Source: a virus
Taxonomy: Duplodnaviria; Caudoviricetes
Strand: one strand, 5' to 3'
IMG/VR virus record: IMGVR_UViG_3300006029_000009
Location: 1-51,563 of that record
Length of the DNA: 51,563 bases
Each line of letters opens with the position of its first letter. Position 1 is the stretch's first letter. Both the position numbers and the translations under genes were made by a program. This document shows positions 7,917 through 16,744 of this stretch, piece by piece. Below the pieces are notes generated by a model. That model was not told the DNA's origin and did not search any database. It saw only the letters and a list, made by a program, of their open reading frames with translations.

Positions 7917-8797
7917 AAGCTGAAAATAAAAATTATCAATTAAGCGAAGGGAAAAACTTAATCTCCTTTAGCGGCGGAAGATCGTCCGCATACATGCTTT
8001 ATCAAATTCTTCAGGAAAATAAAGGTAAGTGTCCCGATAATGCGGTAATAGTTTTCGCTAACACCGGTAGAGAAATGCCCCAGACCTTAGATTTTGTATA
8101 TCAGTGCTCTATCCGATGGGGTGTAAATATCGTCTGGCTAGAGCACAATTATGACGATGAAGGTTGTGCAACTTATGACATTGTGGATTATGAGTCAGCG
8201 TCAAGAAATGGTGAGCCTTTTTCACGCCTAATAGATAAGCGTAAATTTTTACCAAATGCAGTCGCTCGTTTTTGCACTCAAGATTTAAAAATTCGTACTT
8301 TTGAACGCTATATGAAAAGAGAGTTAGGGTTTCGCGAATATACAAATGTGATCGGAATTAGGGCGGACGAACCCAGAAGGATAGCTAAAGCCGCGGCAGC
8401 TAATGAAATACAGTGGAAAGAAAAAAAATATCCAAGGGTATCAGAGTTGCTTTTAGCTAAGAATAGCGTGACTCGTTTTGATGTCGCTGAATTTTGGCGA
8501 AATAGTGATTTTGATCTTGAGTTGGTTAACGACTCTGGCTCTACCCCTATGGGAAATTGTGATCTTTGCTTTTTAAAAGGTATCAGCAAGATAAGCTCTA
8601 TTATTCGTGATTATCCCGACCGCGCTGAATGGTGGCTTGAGCAAGAAGAAAAGGTAGCAAAGGGATGTAATTCCGTTGGCGTTTCATCGGATAATGCTTC
8701 TTTTATAAAATATATACCTTACAAGAGTTTAGCTGGCTACGCGAACGAGAATTTTTTCGATGATGATGCCATGTCGTGCATTGGCTGTACTGATTAA
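7913..8797 (+). CDS. phage PAPS-reductase-like PP-loop protein with a Cys cluster
   Basis: ISFSGGRSS PP-loop, FANTGRE, RFCTQDLKI, GIRADE.RR, GNCDLCFLK and C-terminal C..C. Confidence 0.85.
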   Translation: MKAENKNYQLSEGKNLISFSGGRSSAYMLYQILQENKGKCPDNAVIVFANTGREMPQTLDFVYQCSIRWGVNIVWLEHNYDDEGCATYDIVDYESASRNGEPFSRLIDKRKFLPNAVARFCTQDLKIRTFERYMKRELGFREYTNVIGIRADEPRRIAKAAAANEIQWKEKKYPRVSELLLAKNSVTRFDVAEFWRNSDFDLELVNDSGSTPMGNCDLCFLKGISKISSIIRDYPDRAEWWLEQEEKVAKGCNSVGVSSDNASFIKYIPYKSLAGYANENFFDDDAMSCIGCTD

Positions 8798-8820
8798 ATG
8801 AATAAAAGATGGGAATGATC

Positions 8821-8979
8821 ATGACTAACCGTAAATCTGATTACATAAAAACATCGCTAATATTAATTTTATTATTCTGCGCTGTGTTGGCCCTTGCAAA
8901 AATTGGCGTCGAGGCTGACGACGCTGAACTGATAATGCCGTCCGAATCTACGGGTAGCTTTGGGAGGGTTAGAGAGTGA
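8821..8979 (+). CDS. small membrane protein (52 aa, absent from the ORF track)
   Basis: Hydrophobic stretch SLILILLFCAVLALA; GTGA overlap with the next gene. Confidence 0.5.
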   Translation: MTNRKSDYIKTSLILILLFCAVLALAKIGVEADDAELIMPSESTGSFGRVRE

Positions 8980-9296
8980 AAGGCCATGCTGAAATAAAAT
9001 CTCGTCGAATATCAGCAGGGTTATCAATAGAGGATCTTGCAGCAATTCTATGTTGCAGTGTCTCGTCAATATATTCACTTGAAGACCCTAACAAGACTGC
9101 AAGCTTTAGTTTGCTTCGAGCCGCTGATAAAGCAATAAAAACCGAGGCTGTTTTGCGCAAGCAGGAGGTAGAGAGGCTATCAAGGCGGGAAGGAGTAATG
9201 GGTCACCACCTAATAACCACAAAAGAATTTAACGAAATATATAGACCGCATTTATTAAGAGGTAGCCATGATGGTCAAGACAAGCCAAGTTGCTAG
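8976..9296 (+). CDS. XRE-family HTH protein
   Basis: IKSRRISAGLSIEDLAAILCCSVSSIYSLE. Confidence 0.75.
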   Translation: MKGHAEIKSRRISAGLSIEDLAAILCCSVSSIYSLEDPNKTASFSLLRAADKAIKTEAVLRKQEVERLSRREGVMGHHLITTKEFNEIYRPHLLRGSHDGQDKPSC

Positions 9297-9456
9297 ATCA
9301 ACAGTTGACGCTGACGCACAGAGATTGCGAGTTCTACAAACGGTTAGAGCTAACAGCAATCGTGAAAAAGGCTTGGTTGACTGTAGCGGTACACGAAAAG
9401 AGGGCCGCAAATGTTTTATTAAGAAATCACAGTGCATGACTTGGTGGGCTGTTTAA
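9268..9456 (+). CDS. hypothetical protein
   Basis: GAGGT RBS; TAATG coupling to the next gene. Confidence 0.45.
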   Translation: MMVKTSQVARSTVDADAQRLRVLQTVRANSNREKGLVDCSGTRKEGRKCFIKKSQCMTWWAV

Positions 9457-9875
9457 TGCAAGCAGAAGTACACGACCATTCTGACATAGATAAGATCATG
9501 CGCGGGTTTGATGAATTCTCAACGCAAGCGCTAAAAAGTAATAAGCCTGTTTATATTAAGTATGGCACTGACAGAGGCATGACCAGCGCACAGAGGGGAT
9601 CATTGCATGTCTGGTGCCAAATGGTAGCTGACACACTGAATGATGCAGGGTTGCCATGCGTGATGGATTCTATATTGGGCAAAGACAGCATAGAAATCGA
9701 TTGGACAATGCAGATGATAAAAGACATGCAGTACAAACGCTTACTTAAAGCTATGACTGGCAAGGTTTCGTCAGAGCATCAAAACACGGTTGAGCCGTCG
9801 AAAGTGGCTGAAACTATTATTCGCAAATATTCCGAGCATGGCGTGGTTTTACCGGCTTGGCCATCAAAGCGATAA
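9456..9875 (+). CDS. NinB-like protein (start revised to ATG 9456)
   Basis: TSAQRGSLHVWCQMVADTLN...W....K...GVVLP pattern; nin-region position. Confidence 0.6.
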   Translation: MQAEVHDHSDIDKIMRGFDEFSTQALKSNKPVYIKYGTDRGMTSAQRGSLHVWCQMVADTLNDAGLPCVMDSILGKDSIEIDWTMQMIKDMQYKRLLKAMTGKVSSEHQNTVEPSKVAETIIRKYSEHGVVLPAWPSKR

Positions 9876-9897
9876 TTACGTTAACAGTGAGGGGTAG

Positions 9898-10188
9898 ATG
9901 ATGAACTGGGTAAGCACAACTTTAAGAAAGGGCACAAAGAGTCCGAAAATTTGCCGCGATATGTTTATAACTAACAGCAAAGGCACCTTTAATTTATGTG
10001 AGGTTAAGAACGGGAGAATGGTCAGCAAAAATGTTTTGAGTGCAGCCAAGGCAAGAGAGCTTATTAATGAGAATAGGTTGGTGGGCACAGGTTCTTGCTT
10101 TTCCGGTTGCAGCACATATCGAGACTGGAAGAGCACTAAGCTGGTTAGAGATATTTTGCGCGCCAGCCCCTCAACGATTAATCAATAG
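9898..10188 (+). CDS. hypothetical protein
   Basis: GAGGGG RBS; nin region. Confidence 0.6.
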   Translation: MMNWVSTTLRKGTKSPKICRDMFITNSKGTFNLCEVKNGRMVSKNVLSAAKARELINENRLVGTGSCFSGCSTYRDWKSTKLVRDILRASPSTINQ

Positions 10189-10286
10189 GGCATAGGGTGA
10201 AGAAGATGAGCAAAAAGAAAAAGAATACCTGCACTTAAGGGGAAATTAAATAAATATCATTTAACTTAACTAGAGAGGAAGTAAGG

Positions 10287-10532
10287 ATGAACAAGCTTGA
10301 ATTATCAGCGCTGGCGTTAGCAAAAGCATCAGATGGAAACCCGTTTATTATGGTAGCTACCATCATGCTTTTTTATGTAATGTTTAATTTATTTCTGGGA
10401 TTAGCTGAGAAGTTAATTTTTGGCGAAAGGTTTGAGCATTTTATGGATCTAATTTTTATTCTCTGCTTTATGGGGTATTCCGGTTTATCTGTTTGGATTT
10501 GCGCAGCATATCAAGAAAGCAAAAAAATATAA
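10287..10532 (+). CDS. small two-TM membrane protein
   Basis: Two hydrophobic segments; RBS present. Confidence 0.7.
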   Translation: MNKLELSALALAKASDGNPFIMVATIMLFYVMFNLFLGLAEKLIFGERFEHFMDLIFILCFMGYSGLSVWICAAYQESKKI

Positions 10533-10572
10533 CCATGCCATCAAAACTAACAAAGGCAGCAAGAGATAGTTA

Positions 10573-11154
10573 ATGCAAAACCAAAAGAAGCGTTGCAGAT
10601 ACTGTAAAGAATATGGTGTCGGTAAAAATATGGTTAGCGTTCCTCTTGGCTACTTTTGCAGTTTTGATCATGCGGCATTGCATGGCAAGAAGAAGTCAGA
10701 AGCCAAGAAAAAGAAAGTCGCCAGCGCAAAGCATCGTGCAGATAAAGAATCGATAAAGACAAAACCTAAGTGGGTGGCCGAAGCGGAAACGGCGGTAAGG
10801 GCATATATAAGAGTTAGAGATTTTGGAAAGCCGTGCATTAGTTGCGGCAATCTACCAGAGCAGAAATACGGCGGGACTATTGACGCGGGGCATTACCGAA
10901 GCAAAGGAGCCGCAAAACAGCTTAGATTTAATACATTTAATATTCACGGACAATGCGTCAAGTGTAACCGCCACGGCTCAGGTAATGCAGTTGATTACAG
11001 GATAGGATTAGTAAAGAAAATCGGCTTACCTCGTGTCGAAAGGCTAGAGCACGATAACAGCATAAAAAGATATGAGATTGAATACTTGAAGCGAATGAAA
11101 ACGATATTTAACCGCCGCACTAGGCATTTAAAGAGGTTGAGGGGCTATGTCTAA
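10573..11154 (+). CDS. ninG: NinG/Rap recombination endonuclease
   Basis: C..C...FCS..HA, YIRVRD...CISCG, DAGHYRS.GAA..LRF, NIHGQC..CN..SGN...YR..L..KIG. Confidence 0.92.
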   Translation: MQNQKKRCRYCKEYGVGKNMVSVPLGYFCSFDHAALHGKKKSEAKKKKVASAKHRADKESIKTKPKWVAEAETAVRAYIRVRDFGKPCISCGNLPEQKYGGTIDAGHYRSKGAAKQLRFNTFNIHGQCVKCNRHGSGNAVDYRIGLVKKIGLPRVERLEHDNSIKRYEIEYLKRMKTIFNRRTRHLKRLRGYV

Positions 11155-11386
11155 TTACCATTGCGATTGGTGTGAGACTGTAAGAGATACAAGGTGTCAT
11201 CCAAATAACGTAGTAACCAGTGACGGCCTGATAAAGAAAAGAACATGTTTGACATGCAATGCAATTATTACAACTGTAGAGAGGACAATGTCTTATGAAC
11301 GAAACCCTGCCAACGATGGAAAAATTAGACAAGATACCCCGTCTATGGTCTCTAATGTTCAAGAACATGCCATTGTTTGCGATTGA
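11147..11386 (+). CDS. Zn-ribbon protein (NrdR N-terminal/Ogr-like)
   Basis: CDWC...V.DTR...KRTCLTC...TTVE. Confidence 0.6.
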   Translation: MSNYHCDWCETVRDTRCHPNNVVTSDGLIKKRTCLTCNAIITTVERTMSYERNPANDGKIRQDTPSMVSNVQEHAIVCD

Positions 11387-11819
11387 GTATAGAGAGGAAG
11401 CTTCGAGAGAGGGCGGGGTTCCTCTGAATCAAGGGTTTTACGAAACCGCGTTGCTGGAAGTCAAAAATCATGGAGGGAAGCGATCAAGAAAAACAGGCGA
11501 TAAAGTTGATAAGTGGCTAGATGGTTTTTATATGACAGCTAGAGGCACGGAGACAAGAAATACAAAGAACTCCAAAATTGTCACCCTAGCAATCAAGCAG
11601 CCCAGCACAATAGAAAAGCTACATGACTTTAATCTAAAAGTTAGCTTGCTGCCCCAAGATAAAATAGAGCTTTGCATTAATTATTATTCTCAGTACACAA
11701 GAAGCGTTAAATCTGTTGCGGATGAATTAAATGTTACTCCACAAAATATAGATAGAATGAAGAAAAAAGTTCGAGAAATATCGCTAAACTGCTTTAGTTC
11801 TTCACGGGTGAATATTTAA
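11295..11819 (+). CDS. late-gene regulator, Q-like (C-terminal sigma-region-4-like HTH)
   Basis: YY...SVKSVADELNVTPQNIDR; last early gene, just before the pR'/tR' arrangement. Confidence 0.65.
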   Translation: MNETLPTMEKLDKIPRLWSLMFKNMPLFAIEYREEASREGGVPLNQGFYETALLEVKNHGGKRSRKTGDKVDKWLDGFYMTARGTETRNTKNSKIVTLAIKQPSTIEKLHDFNLKVSLLPQDKIELCINYYSQYTRSVKSVADELNVTPQNIDRMKKKVREISLNCFSSSRVNI

Positions 11820-11897
11820 GCCTTTTGTGGCTGATAGAAAAGTATATAATCTGTTCATCGTGTAACAACTGCGCGACACCTCCTATACACACACCTT

Positions 11898-11921
11898 AAA
11901 CCTGCTTCGGCGGGTTTTTTT
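11898..11921 (+). terminator. intrinsic terminator (tR'-like) before the lysis genes
   Basis: AAACCTGC-TTCG-GCGGGTTT followed by a T run; TATAAT at 11845-11850 upstream. Confidence 0.8.
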
Positions 11922-11938
11922 ACGCCTGAGATATTTTA

Positions 11939-12250
11939 ATGCCAAAAGAATTAGAGGAGCTTAAGTCTCAGCTTGAACAGCATCTTGAGTTTTATGCGCT
12001 TGAGCGCTCTCAAGATAGAAAAAAATTGGACGAGATACTAGAAGTAAGCAGGGATAACACTAAGAATATCGTTTTAATAATGGACACTATCAAAGCCCCG
12101 ATTGCAGCTTGGACGGCTTACATTGGAGCTGTCAAAGTGGGCGGGTGGATTGGAAAGGTTGCAAAAGGTTTTTTTTGGATTATCGGAACCGTTCTTTCCT
12201 TTGCTGTAATGGTAGCTATTTATATTAAAACAGGGATAAAGATAAACTGA
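11939..12250 (+). CDS. putative holin
   Basis: Coiled-coil N-terminus with C-terminal TM helix; directly upstream of the endolysin. Confidence 0.6.
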   Translation: MPKELEELKSQLEQHLEFYALERSQDRKKLDEILEVSRDNTKNIVLIMDTIKAPIAAWTAYIGAVKVGGWIGKVAKGFFWIIGTVLSFAVMVAIYIKTGIKIN

Positions 12251-12648
12251 TGATCTGGCTTGCAAAGAATATCACTTACGAAGAAATGATATTTAGCCAA
12301 ACCGCCGCACGCCATGGCATTGATAACACCCCGAATGATGCAGTAAACGACAATTTAGCAAGAACAGCTTTAGCTTTGCAGGTTATACGATCTTATTTTA
12401 GACGGCCCGTAGTTGTTAGTAGTGGTTTTCGTTGTGATGAGTTAAACGTAAAGATTGGCGGCTCTAAAAACTCTCACCACAGACTAGGGTTGGCAGTAGA
12501 CTTCACAATTCCAGACGTTCCAATCGAGGACGTTATTAAAAAAATTCCCCATCTAATTCATTTTGACCAGCTTATTAACGAGTATGGTCGATGGATACAT
12601 TTATCGGTTCACCCAAGGTTGGGGAAACAGGTATTTGATGTTAAGTAA
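12250..12648 (+). CDS. endolysin, peptidase M15A family
   Basis: SSGFRC.ELN..IGGSKNSHH..G.AVD and WIHLS Zn-ligand motifs. Confidence 0.9.
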   Translation: MIWLAKNITYEEMIFSQTAARHGIDNTPNDAVNDNLARTALALQVIRSYFRRPVVVSSGFRCDELNVKIGGSKNSHHRLGLAVDFTIPDVPIEDVIKKIPHLIHFDQLINEYGRWIHLSVHPRLGKQVFDVK

Positions 12649-12746
12649 CACTTAACAATTAAAGTTTTAGCGGCTCAACTCAGACTTGTAAAAAATAACT
12701 GTCCCTTGGAGTTGAGGCCGCTTCTTAATATCGGAGCAATACGCGC

Positions 12747-12926
12747 GTGAAGAATATATTTAAAAGGTATGGCGGCTGGATTTTTGCGGCTGCAATCAGT
12801 GCGGGCAATATTACTTATACATCGGTCATGACTCCAGAGCAAAGGCTTGCGGCTAAGGTTGCGATTGAGGCCATCATTAAACCCATTATTGAGGAAATAA
12901 AGAATGAAAAAGTTACTACTGATTAG
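12747..12926 (+). CDS. small protein in the lysis cassette (59 aa, absent from the ORF track)
   Basis: GTG after GGAG; MKNIFKRYGGWIFAAAISAG...; overlaps the lipoprotein start. Confidence 0.5.
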   Translation: MKNIFKRYGGWIFAAAISAGNITYTSVMTPEQRLAAKVAIEAIIKPIIEEIKNEKVTTD

Positions 12927-13362
12927 CGCATTTCTTATGCTTTCAGCCCTTGGCTGCTCAACCCTAGAGAGCATAGGCTCATCAATAAAAAAGAATCCGG
13001 TAGCATACGGTGTTTTGTTGCAAGAGGGTATTTATCAGGCGATCAAGACCGAGTCTACTCGCTCAAAGCAGTTATCGTTTGCAAAGGAAATGATAGGCGG
13101 TATTAACGATGTTACTGTTTGGTACGATAGTTTCATCGATAAGAGCCAGATAACACCGGACCGCATTGACCAGTATATTGCTGAAAAATATACAGGCACC
13201 AATATAAGGCCGTCCAGAATGGCGGCCATTAACTTCGCCGCAAATGAAGCGAAGAGGATCGCGCTAGAAAATGCGGGCAAGGGATCAATACCGGCTGATT
13301 CAGTTTACAGCCTCTCTTTTCTGTTAAAAAATATCAAGATCGGCGCGAGCTACCACCTTTAA
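12904..13362 (+). CDS. lipoprotein in the lysis cassette (possible spanin function)
   Basis: MKKLLLISAFLMLSALGC signal peptide II/lipobox. Confidence 0.7.
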   Translation: MKKLLLISAFLMLSALGCSTLESIGSSIKKNPVAYGVLLQEGIYQAIKTESTRSKQLSFAKEMIGGINDVTVWYDSFIDKSQITPDRIDQYIAEKYTGTNIRPSRMAAINFAANEAKRIALENAGKGSIPADSVYSLSFLLKNIKIGASYHL

Positions 13363-13769
13363 TGCTTTATAAGGAGGGTTATAAATACCAGCTTTACGAA
13401 ACTGAATATTTCCAAACCGGTCTTCGCCCAGAAAAAAACATTGTTTCACCTTCTGGTTTCATCGAGCTTCACACCTCCGGTCTTCTTATTGTCCATAAAG
13501 GTTATGCTTGGGATGGTCCGTCCGGCCCATCTTTCGATACTAAAACCTTTATGCGTGCATCTCTTTTTCACGATGCTTGCTATCAGTTGTTACGCGAAGG
13601 TTTATTGCCCAAACACAAGAAAAAATATGTTGATAGGCAGATGAAAGAAATCTGCTTGGATGACGGTATGAATAAAGTCAGAGCTTGGTATTCCCATGAA
13701 GGCGTTAAGCGGTTTGCAAGCCGAGCGGCTAAGCGCGGAAATACTCGCCCAATATTGAGGGCCCCATAA
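13362..13769 (+). CDS. DUF1353-family protein
   Basis: GYAWDGPSGP...ASLFHDACYQL...D..M signature. Confidence 0.8.
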   Translation: MLYKEGYKYQLYETEYFQTGLRPEKNIVSPSGFIELHTSGLLIVHKGYAWDGPSGPSFDTKTFMRASLFHDACYQLLREGLLPKHKKKYVDRQMKEICLDDGMNKVRAWYSHEGVKRFASRAAKRGNTRPILRAP

Positions 13770-16744
13770 TGGCTTCAAGCGGTACGTTTCAGATAAGTGC
13801 AGACAGCGTCTCAGGTAGAAAGGTTGGCTCTAACCCTAGTGGTGTAGCCGCTCCTGTAGTAAACCCCAACACCTTAAGAATCGGCACCTTAGTCGCAAAC
13901 CCAACTACCGGTAATGGTGCTTGGCCTATGGCTGATCTCGTTAAGATGTCGAGCGGTTGGACAGATAACGGCGGTACAGGTACTTATACAATAAATGAAA
14001 AAGAACATGTAACAATTGATGGTACTGCTCAATTGCAGCGTCAAATTTGTTACGATTTTCTGCAAACGTTTCCGAGAGCTGGAACATACACCGTCTTTAA
14101 AACCGGTAGTGCAGAAGTATCTATACTTGCCGGTGGTGTTGACTCTGGCTTTCAGTCTGCAAGTTCATTCACATTTACCGCTGCGCCAAGCCAAGCTATT
14201 ACCTTGTACGTTAGGTCCGGTGACGGTAGCGCTGCGGATCTTACTGCTGTAAGCATTGTTTATTCAGAAGATGTTGTTGCTTTCCAAGCCAATGCTAATG
14301 CGTTAGCCGGTGGCTGGTTGTCATATATTCGTGACGATATGCCTTCACCTATCGTTCGTAACTTACTTCCACACGAAGTGTTTGAGCAAGATTTTGCAAG
14401 GCGTACTACGCCAGACTCATTGTCTTATGTGTCAGTTTTAGAAAGAGATACTTTTTTAAGTGCAGGAGAAACGTTTGGTGCTAGGGCTTCTACATTTAGC
14501 CTTGAAGTACAAGCAGGCATGGTTAATGACATTGGTGCGGACACTTTTTACTGGAATATACCGCCTCACGCTTCTAACGATTGGGTGCTACAGGCTTCAA
14601 CTCTTATTCATTCTGTCTTAAATGCCGGTATACGTGTTGCTATTGCTTACACTAACGAGTCGTGGAACACACTTTTTTGGTATAACGCACAAGTAGTTCG
14701 TACGATTCACATTGCTAAGACAACGTTTTCTACAGTGCCGAGTTCAAATACTTGGACAAGCGTAGGTCATGGATTTACAAATGGTCAGCTATTAGCATCA
14801 ATAGTATCGCCAAACTCCTCTCGTTTAGCTGGTTTTGGTCCCTATCATGCAAGCGGTGATTCGTGGCCCGCACCTGTGCTTACGCGTATTCAAGTGACCA
14901 ATGCTACTGCTGATACAGTAGATATGGTTCTACAATCGGACGGTGTTACACCATTTACTGCTCCTGCTGGCGTAACAGAGGTTTACGGATGGCTTGAAAC
15001 TGCATTTGATTTAGATGGTGCTAACTTTGATACTCAAGTCGATAATTCACATGGTTTAAGAAGCTCTCAAATGTTTGATGTTGCTGTCCCTGTGTTTACT
15101 GCTGGTGGCAGAGAGTCTGTAAGAGTTATTGAGACGCAATCCGACTTTATTAGCAGGACGCAAGAAAGAATAGGTGTTAATGGTGCTAATGGTAATTTTG
15201 ATGTAGTTAGCTTAGGTGCTTATTACAATGCGGCTGAAGAGTGGCAGGTAGGTGATAGCGAAGCAACGATGGAAGCCGCCAATATTGTCTCTGCTGAAGC
15301 CGTGATTCAGACCGGCTTTATAGCACATATTAATATTGGCATCTTGCCGGAAAATATTTGGACCTATGAAGCTGGCGCACATTTGTTGGCAGTACTCGGG
15401 TCAAACGGTACTCAGCAAGAAAGAGAGCAGGCATTTCTAGACTTTGCTTTAACTCAAGGCATGGCAAATACTGAAAACTATTTTTTCAATCGCTGCCAGC
15501 AAATCGGTATTCGTAACATGGTTATTACGAGTACAGATTTATACGTGTACGGAACCTCTGGAACATGGGGCTCTAAGAGTGAATTGTATTTACCAGATAT
15601 TCCAAGAACGACTTTATACCGCACTTGGAAAGATGGCATTGTTCCCTCTGCTGCTGATTTAGTTGCGCCAACTATTGCATTAAACGGTGCTGCTAGTGTT
15701 GATGTTGTTGTTAATACAACATATACAGATCAAGGCGCAACATGGAACGATAATGTTGACGGTACAGGCCAAGTATTTGCTGACTTATCTGGAGTTGATT
15801 ACTCAACTGTAGGTGGTAGTTATACATTACCTTATTTTTACCCTGATGCTGCCGGTAATGTCTCGATTACTGTTAATAGAATTCTCAATATTGTTGCGGC
15901 TAATGCAGCTATAACGTCTTTAAGGCAATACGCGTTTCATCACTCCCTTTGGCAACATACTGATGCTACTTATCCTAACGGTGAGGTATGGACAGATTGG
16001 TGGATCGGTGAGCTTACAAATTCGGCAGCCCTAGATTACAGAAGTTCAGGGCAGTTTGGTCAACTAGAAAACCAGACAATACCGCCTGAGATAGTTACTG
16101 GTGCAGCGAATACTCCAGACGCATGGATTGAGGGTGTAAGCTTCACTGATGCAGCGTTTGACAGTTTAGTTGTCATGCCTGCTAACTTTGTATACGAGAC
16201 AGAAACCGTTGCAACAACTGTCGCAAAAGCTAGTGCAGTAATGGCGTACATTGAAGCAAGCTCTCCAAGCTCAGATGTATGGGTTTATGAGCACATGCAA
16301 GAAGCGGCAAGTAACGCTCTAACAACGGCAGAGATAAATGCTTATTGGGAAGAGTGCAGGACAAACTACCACACTTGGTATGTGTCCTATTACGATGGTC
16401 TTGTTGCTGCTCATCCAACGCTGAACTTTAGAATTGTTCCATGCGGTCCGATAATGGCTGACATGTTCTTGGGAGCAATAAGAAATGGTGTTGACCCCGC
16501 ACCTTTTGCAGCTATTAACGATAGTCAAATTTTATGGCAAGACAATTCACCGCACGGTGAACCTGTAACTTACTTTCTCTACGCTGCTATTTGTTATCAA
16601 GCGTTCTTCGAGCAAGATTTACCACTAGCTTATGTTCCACCTTCAGGATTAGCTACAGCAACTATTACAAATAACTGGTCTTTGTTGAACGACTATATTC
16701 GTGAAAGCTTGGTTTATTACAGGGCTCAGGGGTTAAATATCTAA
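13769..16744 (+). CDS. large carbohydrate-active/adhesin protein: GH-like TIM barrel, DUF5011 Ig domain and SGNH-like domain
   Basis: WNIP.HA.NDWV...YTNESWN and WTYEAGAH; PTIALNG..V....YTDQGAT..DNVDG...DAAGN; FHHSL...GQFG.L...PANF...D.SPHG. Confidence 0.65.
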   Translation: MASSGTFQISADSVSGRKVGSNPSGVAAPVVNPNTLRIGTLVANPTTGNGAWPMADLVKMSSGWTDNGGTGTYTINEKEHVTIDGTAQLQRQICYDFLQTFPRAGTYTVFKTGSAEVSILAGGVDSGFQSASSFTFTAAPSQAITLYVRSGDGSAADLTAVSIVYSEDVVAFQANANALAGGWLSYIRDDMPSPIVRNLLPHEVFEQDFARRTTPDSLSYVSVLERDTFLSAGETFGARASTFSLEVQAGMVNDIGADTFYWNIPPHASNDWVLQASTLIHSVLNAGIRVAIAYTNESWNTLFWYNAQVVRTIHIAKTTFSTVPSSNTWTSVGHGFTNGQLLASIVSPNSSRLAGFGPYHASGDSWPAPVLTRIQVTNATADTVDMVLQSDGVTPFTAPAGVTEVYGWLETAFDLDGANFDTQVDNSHGLRSSQMFDVAVPVFTAGGRESVRVIETQSDFISRTQERIGVNGANGNFDVVSLGAYYNAAEEWQVGDSEATMEAANIVSAEAVIQTGFIAHINIGILPENIWTYEAGAHLLAVLGSNGTQQEREQAFLDFALTQGMANTENYFFNRCQQIGIRNMVITSTDLYVYGTSGTWGSKSELYLPDIPRTTLYRTWKDGIVPSAADLVAPTIALNGAASVDVVVNTTYTDQGATWNDNVDGTGQVFADLSGVDYSTVGGSYTLPYFYPDAAGNVSITVNRILNIVAANAAITSLRQYAFHHSLWQHTDATYPNGEVWTDWWIGELTNSAALDYRSSGQFGQLENQTIPPEIVTGAANTPDAWIEGVSFTDAAFDSLVVMPANFVYETETVATTVAKASAVMAYIEASSPSSDVWVYEHMQEAASNALTTAEINAYWEECRTNYHTWYVSYYDGLVAAHPTLNFRIVPCGPIMADMFLGAIRNGVDPAPFAAINDSQILWQDNSPHGEPVTYFLYAAICYQAFFEQDLPLAYVPPSGLATATITNNWSLLNDYIRESLVYYRAQGLNI

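Noticed and set aside
7913-8797. Auxiliary metabolic cysH gene
   Set aside because: It lacks the CysH C-terminal ECGLH motif and has no sulfur-pathway neighbours
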